Part shown: positions 23,885-37,149 of the stretch, piece by piece
How positions within the stretch are numbered: position 1 is the first letter of the stretch
How the letters are laid out: the number at the start of each line of letters is the position of its first letter
Assembly: GCA_965637545.1 (NCBI GenBank)
Contig: OZ281495.1
Span: 28,954,001-29,018,000, forward strand
DNA length: 64,000 nt
Direction of reading: 5' to 3'
Source of the DNA: Phallusia mammillata
Taxonomy: Eukaryota
The notes under the pieces: generated by a model
Database searches by the model: none
The model's input: the letters and a program-made list of their open reading frames with translations, nothing else
Told to the model about the DNA's origin: nothing
Position numbers and translations under genes: made by a program

Positions 23885-26800
23885 CTATATACAGTAGCTG
23901 AAAGTGAAATTGTAAGTCATTACCATCAATATGTAAGGAAGAACCACCAAAATGCTCAAAGCAATAGCATCGGACACAGAAAACTCATTTTCTCCAACGG
24001 TCGCCATGAATTGAAACATCTCTGGTTTATATTGGATTTGAAAATATTCGGGTTTCCACACTAAAACACAGTGGAAGTGGTTTAACAATATTGTGTCAGT
24101 GTTGTTTTGTTTGTTACAAATATGCTCTACATAGGTCCTAATTATTAGTCGCAATTTCAGGCCTTCGTGGTGTTGCTTTACTGAATAAGTTAAAAATAAA
24201 TCATTAAAGCTCATTTCGATAACTTACGTGCAAATGTTGAAGCCACAATAACAACAACCCAAAGGACTGCGAGGTGCCTCAAAATCGTTCCGCATGACTG
24301 ATTTCGGTATCTGAATGGCGCGTAAATGGCGATGAAGCGTTGAGCGCTCATGTAGAGCAAATGATAGAGAGATGAAATGTATGTAAACAAAAGAACAGTG
24401 CCCATTGCTTTTGCTACGTCACTCTGACGTAGATCGATTACGAGCTGATTTAGCTCTTCAAAAAGTTAGTTGAGGTGTAAGGACAATATAGGGGACGCAC
24501 ACTGCGAAGAGATGTAGAGCTGGAATAAAAAATATCAAGTAAAGATGTGACTGTAAATCTATCCATTCTGTTTTAACTTGCTTTATTAACGGTGTAGGAA
24601 CGAACAATACAAGGTCGATGGCTTAATTGGGTCCCCATTTCAATTTTTAGTGTGTGTTTAGTACTATACTATACTGGTAGTATCAAAAGTGTGTAAAGTT
24701 AATCTCCTTTGTTTATTGTCTCCCCTATGACGCAATTATCTGTTTGTTCATTGTTCTTGAACAAACGGTAATTGTTTGATTGAATAAACTATAAAGGATG
24801 TTCGAAACAAGTTATGACACGTGTTTTTCTGTCGTCAGTGCTTGTTTTTTTTTATGTCACAGTTGTGCCTTAAGGTTAATAGTACGTTATACTAACCTCA
24901 TGCTAATGAATAATGAATTTGGAGTCTTGTTTCATATAATACAAGAGAACGTGATATACGGGACTATAATCAATGACACACCTGGGCATTTTACGGTCGG
25001 GTCACATCCGGCCTCTTGGCTGTCTTTGTCTGGCCCGCGTGAGGTCAAGGAAATTAAAAATATGGCCGATTTATACTTTGCATGAAATACGACAGTGTTG
25101 CTTTTACTTAAAAAAACTGTCATTTTTTATGTACAATTACGTAGTGACGCCCAGTGTTTTTTTAAGGTGTTTTCAAATTTCTCCAGCGGTTTCCCAAAAT
25201 TTGGACTTGCAACTACAACTACAGTTTTTGGTATTTAAATGAAACACTTGCGGTCTCTTAAAACTACTTAGCGGTCACCCAAACCAAACCTTAAAAAAAA
25301 CCCTTTACTGACGCACATGCGTAAGCGAACAGCTACAAGTGATGCTTGTCAAAGTCTTCATAAAACACAAGTTGTTCTACCCTATGTTACGCGATAAAGC
25401 CTATGGAGTCTTTTGTGTCCAAAATAATACAGTGGATGTAAGAAAGAAAAATACATTAATGCCCTGATTTTTACAAAGTAAAACACTAAAACGGAAATGT
25501 GATTCTCCAAATGGAATTAAAGTTGCGTTACGAGTTTTAACTCTTAGCGTAATATTGCAAACTAAAGTGTTATTTTTCATGCTTGCTACAATGGAGGAAA
25601 TTGATACTGAGCAGATTGAAGTTCAAGTGATTGTTGGTTCGGCCCTTTAGCACTATAGTCACTATAGTATAGTGTTAGTTTTCTTTGTGGCCCCTTTTAA
25701 TTAATTGCCCACTCCTGATCAATTGCAAACTTTGCCAATCGGCCTCTTCGAGTAGTTCACCCAAAGCCACAGCGTAATCAATTTGGTAAAGATCAAATTG
25801 CTTAGTCGAATATCATCATATTTTTTTACATCTTGATGTTTCGCTGTACTGGACAAATCCTTTACCTGTAAACATGTCCGCGATTGCAAGCGAGGTCTTC
25901 ACGAGATCTTGCGTTTTCCGACTCCTACTTTTCATGACGAACACGGACGCGATCACTAGGGAGTTCCCCAAAATAATAAACGTAGCCACAAGCAGGATGT
26001 ACGTCAGTATTGCATCCGAGCCTGCATTGCTGTGAACCCAAATAAGCATCATTTCTATTACACTGACTTGACCCTAGAATTGTGTATAGGAATTTTTTGA
26101 GATACGTCGTATATGTAAATAGGTTGGGGAACTTATGTTTTATTATCTTTAATCGGAAAATCAAAATTATCATTGTAAATTAAAAACTGTCATTTCCAAA
26201 TTAACCCTCCAAATCTCTAAATAGGTTACAAATAAAGTCCATAATGCGGACCCATTGAACGTAATATTATGCAAGAACACAAATCTGAAAAAAGGAAACT
26301 ATATTTTTTTATTCATATCTGGTGTTATTATGTTTCATTTTTCTTGTTTATATGTCAGTGTGCAGCATCCTTAAATAACTGGCATCGGTTTTACAATGTG
26401 GGCTCACTTGTTTGCAACGAAAATCCAGCTTACCTGCATAGCGGACAATCTCTTACGGTTGTGTTCCAACATTTTTCAATCGCCCCATAGTTGCAATATG
26501 AGGGAATCCCACAAAACGTATGATTATTTCTTGTTACGTTTTCAGCTGTCATTATTTTGCAGTTTATTTTATTTTTTTAATTATCATTTTCTTTAATTCA
26601 TACCACACTCATGATAATGAGTTCTAATCCTACCTACACTATGATCAAAAAGTTTGACATTATGTTTGGTGAACCAGTGTGACAAACATATCTTAGACTA
26701 CCTAAATTAGGTATCGTTTTGACAAAATGAGTTTAAATAATTCAAATGTATGTTTCAAGACTTGTTTTCAAGAAAATATTTTTTTACATTATTGCAAAAA

Positions 26801-28039
26801 AGTACAAAAGCTTGGCCCTAATTATGTCTACTTTGCCTGTAATATATCTTTCTAGTCCCTTGAAATTCGTTCAGACCAGGTTTGCAAACTAAATACTACA
26901 AACTCCTTTTTTGTCACAGTACTTTAAACTACCTAAAAAATGAAACAGAACATCCTGTAAGATTCGCTGTTTATCGTTATATAAGGTTTGTCCCTCAAAC
27001 AGAACTAATTGTGCAGACCTGTTTGAATTGGCTGTGCAAGATCACTTTTGCATTCATGTGTTGTCGCGCCTTAAAAATAATACATTTCTGGCCTCTTTGC
27101 CGTCTTTACGTCCGCGCAAATGATGTAACTCACGTTTTGCTTTGCACAAAAAACTCAATAAACAAAACATGACCAAAGCCTACACTTGCTCTAGCTAATT
27201 CAGAAGTACGAATCAAGATTTATAATTTGACAAAAATTCTTAAAATCAAAATATCTTAGTATATCCACACGTCTTAATTAGTTACAACAACTAATGTTAT
27301 AAGTGATGAAATCACATTTATGCCGTGTTTTAGTATGTTTGAGGACCGAATCCATGCATGCCCATAAACTATTTTGTCTTCTCAGAATAAACTATGATAT
27401 ATTTTAAACTTCAAATAGAAGCACTGAAACTTATTCTGGCAAGAAATCGCATTAAATTCTTCCCTAACTTCTTTCAGTCTTTTACTCGCACATATACCTA
27501 ATTCATGCCAGATGTTTCAGAATGATTGAAATAATAGCAGAACGCGATAATCGCCTAGTGAACATGAATTATTAATTTCCTAAGATGTGTAAGTGTATCT
27601 TTGATTCTAACTCGTCAGCCTCAATTGTGTTGTGTCATCGGTGATCATTGTTATCAGTTTTGATTGTTAACACATCTTTTTGCGGTTTACTAGACACATT
27701 TTTTAATTTGGGAATTGCTTTGAAACACAAATTTAGTCATTGGCATGTTAACATTTTCCAAAACATATACAAAATAACATTAAAGTCACATGCTGGCCTT
27801 GTTCTGCTTCTAAAAGTTGTCTTATATAGTGCCTTATCAACGGCGCAGGGATATTACAGTTATACTTCCTTTCCCTTCTGCTTTCGTTTCTAGTTATGCT
27901 TTAATATGCCAAGGTGATTTTGCAACCGAATGCAGCGCAGGTTTCTGATGAGCCACGTACTTTAACAAATTTGGTACTAGCTGTTTTTTTCAAGAACTTG
28001 TACTTTTGCTGACATCAGTTTGCATATTTAACAAACAAA

Positions 28040-28205
28040 ATACTAGTTGTTGTTTTCAAGAACTTGTATTTTGCTGACGTTTCGCCCACCAGAACGGCAG
28101 TGCTTTTTCATTGCAGTGAATAAAATATTGGGAGCACACAAGCGAAAATGCACAAGAGCAGTGAAATATGATACAAAAATTATTCACGAACAAAGGCTTT
28201 CCGCG
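28040..28205 (-). repeat. Dispersed copy of the hammerhead-bearing repeat found at 2013-2175
   Basis: Colinear matches (CAAAATACTA.TTGTTGTTTT.AAGAACTTGTATT, GCGAAAATGCACAAGAGCAG, GAACAAAGGCTT). Minus strand keeps GGUGGGC GAAAC GUC AGC but the CUGAUGA half is mutated. Confidence 0.8.
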
Positions 28206-28479
28206 AAGTGTCGTACCAATGTAGTTCGTTTCTTCACGTTTTTTAGTAGTATCCATAACCCCTGCTAAAACTACTTGATTAAAGTAAATTGACACTAATA
28301 AAGTCATTTGCAACAAAGTCGGTGTAAACTTTTTGCTCGTTAAGGAGGCATCAGGGTTCCCGTTAATTTGACTTGATAAATGATAAAAATTGGGATCAAG
28401 CCTAAACACAAACTGTCTTACAACTTAAAATACATGTTGCTACTGAGGTACACATGGTTGATCAATTGAGAACAGTTAA

Positions 28480-28745
28480 AATGAATTTTAAACAGGCTTT
28501 TATGCAGTACGCCCATTGCTTGTGTAATGTGTATTTGTTTAATAAAAAAGTACCCAACGAGATTGTCGCAGTCATTCTTAAAAATGGTCCACTTAGAATA
28601 AGCTTGTTTGTGTGTCGTCATCGATTCATGATTTCATTTCTTGGTTCTGCAGTTTTACGGGAAGTTGGGCTCGATTAAATTTTGGGTTTTTCGACTCCCT
28701 TTGGCGGAAGTCGTATGTTGTTTGTGTGATCTGGAAAGGGTAGGG
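28480..28745 (+). pseudogene. Decayed duplicate of COPE terminal exon + 3'UTR (unit 3)
   Basis: ACAGTTAAAATGAATTTTAAACAGGCTTTTATGCAGTACGCCC versus COPE ACAGGAAAACGATTTTGACAGGCTTACGATGCAGTACGCCCC; colinear 3'UTR follows. Confidence 0.85.
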
Positions 28746-28829
28746 TGTGAGAATTTATTTATTCTTGGTTCTTCGTACTTTTTTCGGAGGTATACTGGGT
28801 GGGTAAATTTACATCACCTGATGTGCTTT

Positions 28830-31800
28830 TCAGAATTTTGGAATCGTTAAGATACTGACTATGATTGTTGAGTTATATTTGCCGATTACGCATGTTGACT
28901 TACTTCTGCAATTGTCACTATCGCTCTTTCCACACATTCGGTAGAAAACTTTGCGAACTGTTTGACGAAAAGTTCGGTCGAAAGCACTGTAGATCAGCAC
29001 GTTAAGAATCCTGCAACGAAAATTCATTACATATTTCCCACTTGCTGATTAGAAAATAAGGAATTAGTTTCCTTACTTACCCGCTAAGCGTGGATGTATG
29101 TACGGTGGCAAAAAATGCGGCGGACAAGTTGTCGCATTTGAGATATTGAGCCATTAGAAGAAAATTGGTGATCACTATTGGAACTAAAAAAGAAAAATAG
29201 TTTTACTTGCTATATACCGTTTGTGCAAGTTTATAAGATAGGGCTAATTACTTCTAGGCTAGTTGCTATAACGACCGACAATATTTTACTTAAGTGTTTG
29301 TCCTGATACCAGGTAAAAACAAATGTTGCCTACCTACAGTAATGGTAAAACCAAGGTACATGGCACATGTCACTTTGATTAGTGAAGTTTCTTGGCTTTC
29401 AGCTGAGTCAACACGTTTGAGGCTTTTGGACTGTCGTATTCGCTTTCGAGCACTACATGCTGTAGCAAACGTAAGACCGCTCTGAATAAATGTCGGAATT
29501 ATTACTCTTCTTTACCCTGATGAAGACGACCTGTATAGGACGTCGAAACGTCGGAATAAAATTACATTTGCCAGAAGAGCTCTACAAACTTGATATTATG
29601 CCTGGCAGCAATAGCTTATATATTACTCTTCTTTGCTGAGACTTTTGCAACAACGTTAACAAAACATCAACTTCGCAAATGACTTGACACGTTAGGTATA
29701 TGACTCCTTTGTTATTCTTGGTATATGCTTCCAGTACCATCAAAATGTAGGGAAGAACAACTAAAATGCTCCAAGCAATAGCATCGGACACAACGAACTC
29801 TTTTTCGCCAACGGTCGTCATGAATTGAAACATTTCCGGTTTATATCGGATTTGAAACAAGTGTGTTTTCCAATCTAAAACACAGTACACATGGTTTAAC
29901 AAAATTGTGTCAGCGTTGTTTTGTTTTAAATGTCATACAAATAAACTTTACTTAGGTCCTAATTATGATTTTGGTTGTCGTTAATGTTCTATCAAGTTAA
30001 CGACATTCTATTGCTGCCTACGCAAAGTAAACGGAGGACTATAGCTTGGTTTAATGCAATTTCGTGCAAAATGATAACTTACGCGCAAATGTTGAAGCCA
30101 CAATAACAACAACCCAAAGGACTGCAAGGTGCTTTAAAATCGTTGAACATGACTGATTTCGGTATCTGAATGGCGCGTAGATGGCGATGAAGCGTTGAGC
30201 GCTCATGTAGAGCAAATGATAGAGAGATGAAAGGTATGTAAACATAAGAACGGTACTCATTGCTTTTGCCACTACACTCTGACGTAGCTCGATGACTTGA
30301 TGGTTTAACTCTTGAAAGGTTAGTTGAGATGTAAGGACAATGTAAGGGACGCAAACTGCGAAGAGATGTAGAGCTGCAATAAGAAAATAGCAAGTTAACA
30401 TATGTCTGTAAAGTTTGTAGAGCTATTCTGGCAAATGTAATTTTATTCCGACCTTTCGACGTCCTATACAGGTCGTCTTCATCAGGGTAAATAACACTGA
30501 ATGCGACAAGTACAGTGTACGATAAAAACAAAGAAAAAAAGATTGAACGCAAGCACGCCACAATGCAACGAAAACACCGCGCGAGAACGAATGATTGGGC
30601 CTTTAATCTTTAATCCTTTTTAACATTCAGGGGAAGCTTTTACCAGCAGGTTCAAGGCACAGCGATGGGTTCCCCGGTCTCTGTAGTTGTCGCAAACATG
30701 ACAATGGAAGCGCTTGAGGAAAAAGCCTTTTCAACATTTGCAAACCCACCAAGATTCTGGCGGCGATATGTTGACGGCATTTTTTGTGTCATTGCTAAGA
30801 ACAAGGTTGAGGCATTTCTACGGCATCTCAACGAGGCGCAACCAGGCATTCGGTTTACCATGGAACTCCAATCGGTAAACTGTCTTCCATTTTTAGATGT
30901 TCAAGTCACAAGAACCGATGACGGTGTCTTGTACTCGAGAGTGTACCACAAGCCAAAGGTCACTCAACACCCGCCGAAAAGAACATCAACGGGATGTTGC
31001 CAACAGCGACGCGAAGATCACAAGGCCACCGTATTGATCTCAATGCGGCGTCTGTTGTGGCCCGGGAGCCTGACTACAGGAAAAGACTATTTCTTGAGTC
31101 ATGGAATATTCACCAACGGGGCAACACAATGAACATCAAAACAGACGTGATGCTTTCAGCGTGCTACAGACACCTTCTTAAAGATTGGAGGCCCAATCAT
31201 TCGTTATCGCGCGGTGTTTTCGACGAAAACGAAAACTTTTCGTTGCGTTGTGACGTGCTTGCGTTCAATCCTTTTTTCCTTTGTTTTTGTCGTACACTGT
31301 ACTTGTCGCATTCAGTGTTATTTACCCTGATGAACACGACCCGTATAGGACGTCGAAACGTCGGAATAAAATTACATTTGCCAGAAGAGCTCTACAAACT
31401 TGATATTATGCCTGGCACCAATAGCTTATATATGTCTGTAAATCTGTCCATTCATTTCAACTTTGCTTTATTAACGGAGCAGACGCGCACAATACAGGGT
31501 CGATGGCTTAATCGAGTCCTCGTTTCTCTGTTTTAGTTACTATTATTGGCTATTGCTATTAAAAATGTACAAAATTAAGTCTCCAATTAGATGCATTGAT
31601 TTACCTGTTCGTTCATTGTTCTTGAACAAACGATAATTGTTGGGCAAAATGAAGGATATGTGAAAAAAAAACGCTTTTTTGTACTTACAGACGACACCCA
31701 TATAGGTAGTTCGCAATACCGTAAATTTTATGCTACATTTATGCCTAAAGCTTAAAATACGTTAACTTAACTTAAAACTTAATGCTAAATTTGCACTAAA

Positions 31801-32814
31801 GCAAGTGCAACAGGAGAACTTGTCGTAACTCATGATTCGAGTAAGGTGTTTTACATTTGTAGAAGGGAAAATAAATTGGGTTTCACGTAGGATCACGTGG
31901 GTTGTTAAGACTTGCTTTCGTGATTCGCGCAAAGAACATTTACAGAGCTTGGCTTCACATAATACAAGCAGTACTTGTACATAATGTATGGTTCTACTAG
32001 AATTAATTGCTAACTTCGACTGCATTTAGTATTGTTCACCTATAGCCACAGTGTAGGCCTAATCAACTTTGCAAAGATCAAACTGTTATTTTTTTTATCT
32101 GGACGTTTTACTATGTTGGAGAAATCCTTACCTGTAAACATGTCTGCGGTTGCAAGCGAAGCCTTCACCAGATCTTGTGTTTTTCTACTGCTTTTCATAA
32201 CGAACACGGACGCGACCACTAGGGAGTTCCCCAAAATAATAAGCGTTGCCAAAAGCAGGATGTACATCAGTATTGCATCCGAACCCGCATTGCTGTGAAC
32301 CAATTAAGCGTAATGTTTAACCAACTAATTGGAGTTTAATGGGACAGCTTTGCGGTACTTGTAAAAATGGTCAGTTTGAACCTTGCCCTTTAGGCCTATT
32401 GGTTGTAATATGTAGCTTGTGTAAGTTTAATTACCGTTTTAAAAATATCAAAACTACTATTGTAAACTTTTACTATCATTTCTAAATTGACTATAGAATT
32501 CTCCAAATAAACTACCAAGTCCACAAATGGACCAATTTATGGTAATTTTAGAACAAAAATCTAGCTCCGGAAACTCGTGTATTGCAGTAATGTAATGTTT
32601 CATTCTTCTCATACTAATGTACTTGTTTAGGACTTCTTTTAACTGGCTTTGCGTTTGTAAACTAACTTGTTTGTGAACTAAAGGGAACAGCTTACCTGCA
32701 TAGCGGACAATCTCTTATAGTTGTGTTCCAACATTCCACGATTGCCTCATAGTCGCAATATGGGGGAATTCCGCAGAACGTGTGGTTAATTCTTGTCACT
32801 ATTTCAGCTGACAT
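28830..32814 (-). CDS. Orphan class A GPCR copy 3, 379 aa; exons 32814-32696, 32292-32132, 30373-30083, 29874-29738, 29481-29334, 29183-29081, 29010-28830
   Basis: 1140-nt intact spliced ORF; same motifs and intron phases as copy 1. Confidence 0.88.
29514..29621 (+). mobile_element. 108-bp 5'-truncated Penelope pLTR fragment containing a hammerhead motif (GPCR3 intron 4)
   Basis: 13-bp TSD ATTACTCTTCTTT (29501-13 and 29622-34); near-identical to 31324-31429. Core CTGATGA 29517-23, stem II GACGACC/GGACGTC, GAAACGTC 29545-52. Absent from the paralogous introns. Confidence 0.85.
30443..30491 (-). ncRNA. Hammerhead motif in the inverted pLTR (sense to GPCR3 pre-mRNA); stem III mutated
   Basis: Minus strand reads CUGAUGA A GACGACC-uguaua-GGACGUC GAAA G GUC GGAAUAAA; the C-to-G change destroys the ACGU palindrome. 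Confidence 0.6.
31321..31370 (+). ncRNA. Hammerhead motif in the 3' pLTR; stem II closing pair mutated
   Basis: CUGAUGA A CACGACC-cguaua-GGACGUC GAAAC GUC GGAAUAAA; the first stem II G is replaced by C. Confidence 0.6.
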
Positions 32815-34619
32815 TTTTTCAACTTGTTTTATCTCTTTTCCAACTGGTCACATTCATAAACTCTTCCTATACATGCTTGCGCATATGACTATGGGTTCTA
32901 TACATACTTATATTTATAACAATATAACAAGAGATTATTTTTAGTACTTATAGTGTTGTCTTGTACATAACTTCGAATAATTCAAAGTCGAATATATATT
33001 AAACGCAGTTATTTGATTAACTCCCCAAAACGCCCTACGGTCTATGAAGTTACTTATGCACAACAGTTTTGGTATTAAGGGCCGCAATATGTCAGTCGTT
33101 TTGTGTTTACAAAGTACAGCTTAATCTTATTCCAATGACTCGTTTCACGAGTGTTATATTTCGTCTCAGTACTCTAAACTCCTTTCAATCTGAAAACGGA
33201 ACATCATGTATATTTATGACTGCCTTTAAAACAGTCCTGAACGAACAGATCTGATGGAATTGGCTATGCAGTATCACTTTAGCATTCGTGAGTAGTTCGT
33301 GTTGGATCGCGCCTTAAATACCGGAAGTTAATTATAATTAACTTCCGGCCTGCTTTGGCGTCTTCGCACGAGTGATGTAACCCACGTTTTGATCGTCACC
33401 GAAACACAAAACAAACAAAGTATAAAGAAGTCAAAACCTGCCCTTGCTCCACCCTATATTGGCACGATTTAGATCCATGACAATTTGTTCAAAATATCTT
33501 AGTATAGATACTACTTCTTAACTAGTAATAATTTCACTGGCGGTGTGAAAAAATCACTTGTATATCATTTTTGTACGTTAGTGTCATACTAAGTCTAACC
33601 TATTTTAAACATAAAAAGTAAGAACCTTTCAGACTGGTTTAAAACTATCACAGCATGACTTTGTATAAAATACTCTACAAACTGTTTTCATCATGTCTGC
33701 TATACCGTTACCAGACCCGAACCTCATATCAGTGGTATTTGTTATCAAAACCAACAACAACCGCAGATGACACTCAAAAAAGAGGCAATCGGGCTAAAAT
33801 TGCTAGGACGCGGTAATCACCAAGAGAAAATGAATTATTGTTAATCCCCTCAGGCCAAAAAATGTTTGTTTGGTTCCAACTCGTCAGACACATTTTTGTT
33901 GCGTCATCAGCGCCCGTTGTTGTCGGTTTTGATTTTTATTGCGTCTTTTCCGGCACTCTAAAATATCGATAATTTTGTGAGAATGAAGTAGGACATTGGC
34001 ATGACATAATAGCTCAAACCCATTATCTGATACTGCAGTGTTGAAAAAGGATAACCGAACATCAGGACTTGTAAATTTTGTAACATAGTGACCAAGCTAT
34101 GGCGAAGGACAGTCTAGATATCTTTCCGTTTTGCTCTTTTCCGTTGTGCCTACGTTTCGCGTTGTGCTTCTTTATGATTAAGTTTTAGGTTTGTTTTGTA
34201 AAGGACCACATCGCATATTTTCAAATAAACTAAACCCTATAAGTTGCAAGTACAACTTCCGTCAAATGCCTAAAGAAAGTGAATTAGCAACCGGCAGTAT
34301 ACTGCCAAAAGTGTGATAAGAAAACTCTGTAGGTTCTTGTCGTTGTACAACAGTGTTGTTCTGGAGTAGTTGTGGTTGCATCACGTTTTTTATAGGTCAA
34401 TACCCCCGGTACAATTTCCTGATTAAAGTGACTATTAATGCTGTACATTGCCCAAGGCGAAATATGTTGTTTACATGCGAATGTGATAAACTGGCCTTTG
34501 TACAAAAGAAAAATTTGTCGGTTTAGTACTCTTTTAACTTCGTTCGTTAAGTTAAGTCTTTATGTTATTTTTTTACCAAATTAATTTCACCAGATTAATT
34601 TCCCCATAAATTTCCCTAA

Positions 34620-36070
34620 GCATTAAGCGCTATAATTATTGCAATGTCCCTAAAATGGACACGAGATATGACATCACTTGTTTAGCCGTAACGGAATTAA
34701 ATGTAGATCAGTATATGTGATGTCACCGGTTAATATGCCCACTTGTAAACTTATTCCATATCAACATATTATAGCACTACACCTAGTATAAAAACACGGA
34801 TAACTCGTTTTCAACTCACACAAATGAATTCTCCTCTTATCATTTTGCTACTTAACTTATAGTTGGTTTATAGAGAAGGTTGAATGCCAATATTCAACTA
34901 TCAGACTTATCGAGCAAAAAACACAACAATGCATGTTTCAGACTTGTGCCTTTAAATGTCCGATTTCCTGGGCTCCTTACGTCTCTACGTTTGCATAGCT
35001 GACGTAATTCACGTTTCACTTGCAAAAGTTGTAAAACTAGGACTAAAGTTGGATAACAGTTTATCCCAAAATCGACTGGCTAAAGAAACACATATCTCAG
35101 TTTTGTCCTTGATCGGTATTGCTCTTACTTCCAAAATCAACAAAATGAAATATACTTCCTTTGCTTTTCAAGGTAAATGGAAAAAACATTTTAAACCTGT
35201 AGACCCACTTCCGTTTTTTAGTGTACCTTTTGAAACACGTTTTTCCTGGGCTTTACTTTGTGACTTTCAAGAATCTTTACCACCTTTGTTTGCCTGTTGA
35301 AACTTGAAGTGTCCACTTTGAGGTTTTCAAAACGCTTAATACAACAGCAACACCCCATAATCGACAAGTGAATAATTATTAATAACTATTGATTCCCTTA
35401 GGCTATTTCTTTGATCCCAGGCCGTCAGCCTTGTTACAGCATGTTTTTGGCATCGCGCTCTTTGATCATTAACTCATTTTTGCGGTTTGTTCAATCAAAT
35501 TATTTTCTGTTACACCGTAAAACAGCTTGTTGATTCCAAATCGCTCCTCGTTAAGAAAAATGCGATGGCAGTTTAGGTTAGGCTTATATAACGACACTAG
35601 CTTATGTTATGAGAACATTTCATCAAGTTTTATATTTTGGCTGATAGAGATACCAAAAAATTTTCGCGTTGGTGCTTTTTGTTTATCGCTTTGCAATTGA
35701 CCTGTTATTTCCCAGCGCCCTCTTTATTGTAATAAACGCCCGCGAGCGAGCGCTTGACCCACTTTTAGCACTATTGACCTAACATATTGACCATATCGTA
35801 ATCTCTGAGTATAAAACCCTTGGAAAGTAGCTTGTTACAAAACAAAACTGCCAAAAATTTACTTTTCTATCATGGTGTCCACAGCGACTGTTGAAACGTT
35901 TGCATTATATTGTATTTACTATGCAAGCTCACTGAAAGTTTAGGTTTTGATCGAAATAGCTATAAGCATGTAAACACAGACAGTGCTCAGTCACAATTAT
36001 CCTACTACCATAAGCGTATTGTTTTAGATTGCTACATCACTTTGCACCCAGGGCAAAACAATACTTTATA
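34620..36070. repeat. Non-coding segment paralogous to 40460-41950
   Basis: Many colinear blocks, e.g. ACGGAA.TAAATGTAG.TCAGTATAT, CAACTCACACAAAT, TGCCAATATTCAAC, AGACTTGTGCC, CGTCTCTACGTTTGCA, TAATCGACAAGTGAATAATT, CTTGCAATTGACC.GTTATT.CCCAG. Confidence 0.85.
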
Positions 36071-37149
36071 TATTGTCTATTGTTTTATCGTTAATAACTC
36101 TGCTCGAATCATAGATGTTATGTACTCAATGTAAACTTCTAGCCATAACTCGTTCTTTAAAGTCACTGGTTTGAACAGCATTGTTGCAACCAACATTGTG
36201 TGATTTCAACACAGACTCAGACTGATTTGCGTTTTCTTAGAAACGTGATTAGGTTTCAAAAAGCACGCTTGATGATTTGCCAATAAAACGCAGGCTATTA
36301 TGTATTTTTGCACGCAGCTTGGTTTTCTCGGAATGGGATAGTAACTTGACAAGAACAAGCTGTGGAGATACATATTACCGCCTCGCTGCGTCGGGGTAGA
36401 TGTGTTTATATTTAGACTTGGGTTTGATTGCATTGACACTGAAACGTAGACTAACAGTTTGCTAATCCCTATGTTGCCCTGTGTTTGTATAATCAATGAA
36501 GTGTTGTTAATATTTTGGATTTTTGTTTTCGAACTATGTGTGTAATCGGATAATTTGCCATTTTGACGGGTGTGTAAACGGTTGTATGAATTTTCTATTA
36601 CTTCCTGATCAAAGTGACTGTTGATGCTTTACAACGACTTTCAGTAGTTTGCAGCGAAGTAGGTGCAAAGATATGATATAAACGTTTGCTAATGTAAACC
36701 TTGTTGTGGTTTCAATTTATTTGTGGATTGAAGTCCATGCAGCACAATTTTATTATTATTCAACCTTATAGTCTTAATAGCATAGTGAGTAATGAAATAA
36801 ATTCCCTTAATTTTCTGTTTATGGTGTTAGGGAAAAATATAAATACTTCACAACTTTGAGGACGAACGGCTTTTACTTTTATTGCACAAACTTAAACCAA
36901 CAAACAAAATTAGGTTCATTTTAGTCTATCGATCAAAGCAACAACCTGGATGATTCTTTTATTGAGTTTAAAGTGCGAGTATTACGATGTATTGTTAAAA
37001 ACAAAATAATTGTGCTAAAACTTTATCTACATGATTCTCTGATCTTCGAAGATCACCCTTCATTCTGGTACAGTACATAAACATGGAGTCACAGTGAATT
37101 TGTTAATGAATCAACTTTGTAAGAGAACGATTTAGACCTTTTAAGGACG

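Larger units (their letters stand above)
22258..26552 (-). pseudogene. GPCR copy 2, frameshifted in exon 3; exons 26552-26434, 26029-25866, 24519-24228, 24060-23924, 22853-22706, 22559-22457, 22381-22258
   Basis: Same exon structure as copy 1, but exon 3 is 292 nt instead of 291. An extra base in the A-run at 24460-24464 gives ...CAA CTA ACT TTT TGA (QLTF*) after TM2. All splice sites are intact. An assembly homopolymer error cannot be excluded. Confidence 0.7.
30413..31429 (+). mobile_element. Internally deleted Penelope-like retroelement with inverted pLTRs (GPCR3 intron 2)
   Basis: RT remnant FRGSFYQQVQGTAMGSPVSVVVANMTME...FWRRYVDGIF...HLN...IRFTME...LPFLDVQV...VYHKP (YVDD changed to YVDG). 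GIY-YIG C-terminal remnant SLNTRRKEHQRDV and GHRIDLNAASVVAREPDYRKRLFLESWNI...MN. Inverted repeats 30413-30600 vs 31191-31400; 13-bp TSD ATATGTCTGTAAA; empty site in copy 2. Confidence 0.9.

Noticed and set aside
29514-31429. Three similar ~100-bp repeats resembling a CRISPR-like array
   Set aside because: Irregular spacing, one copy inverted, TSDs and RT remnants present: these are Penelope pLTRs in a eukaryotic intron.
36130-36500. Coding-like tract between GPCR copies 3 and 4
   Set aside because: Stops in the candidate frames and no homology to neighbouring genes.
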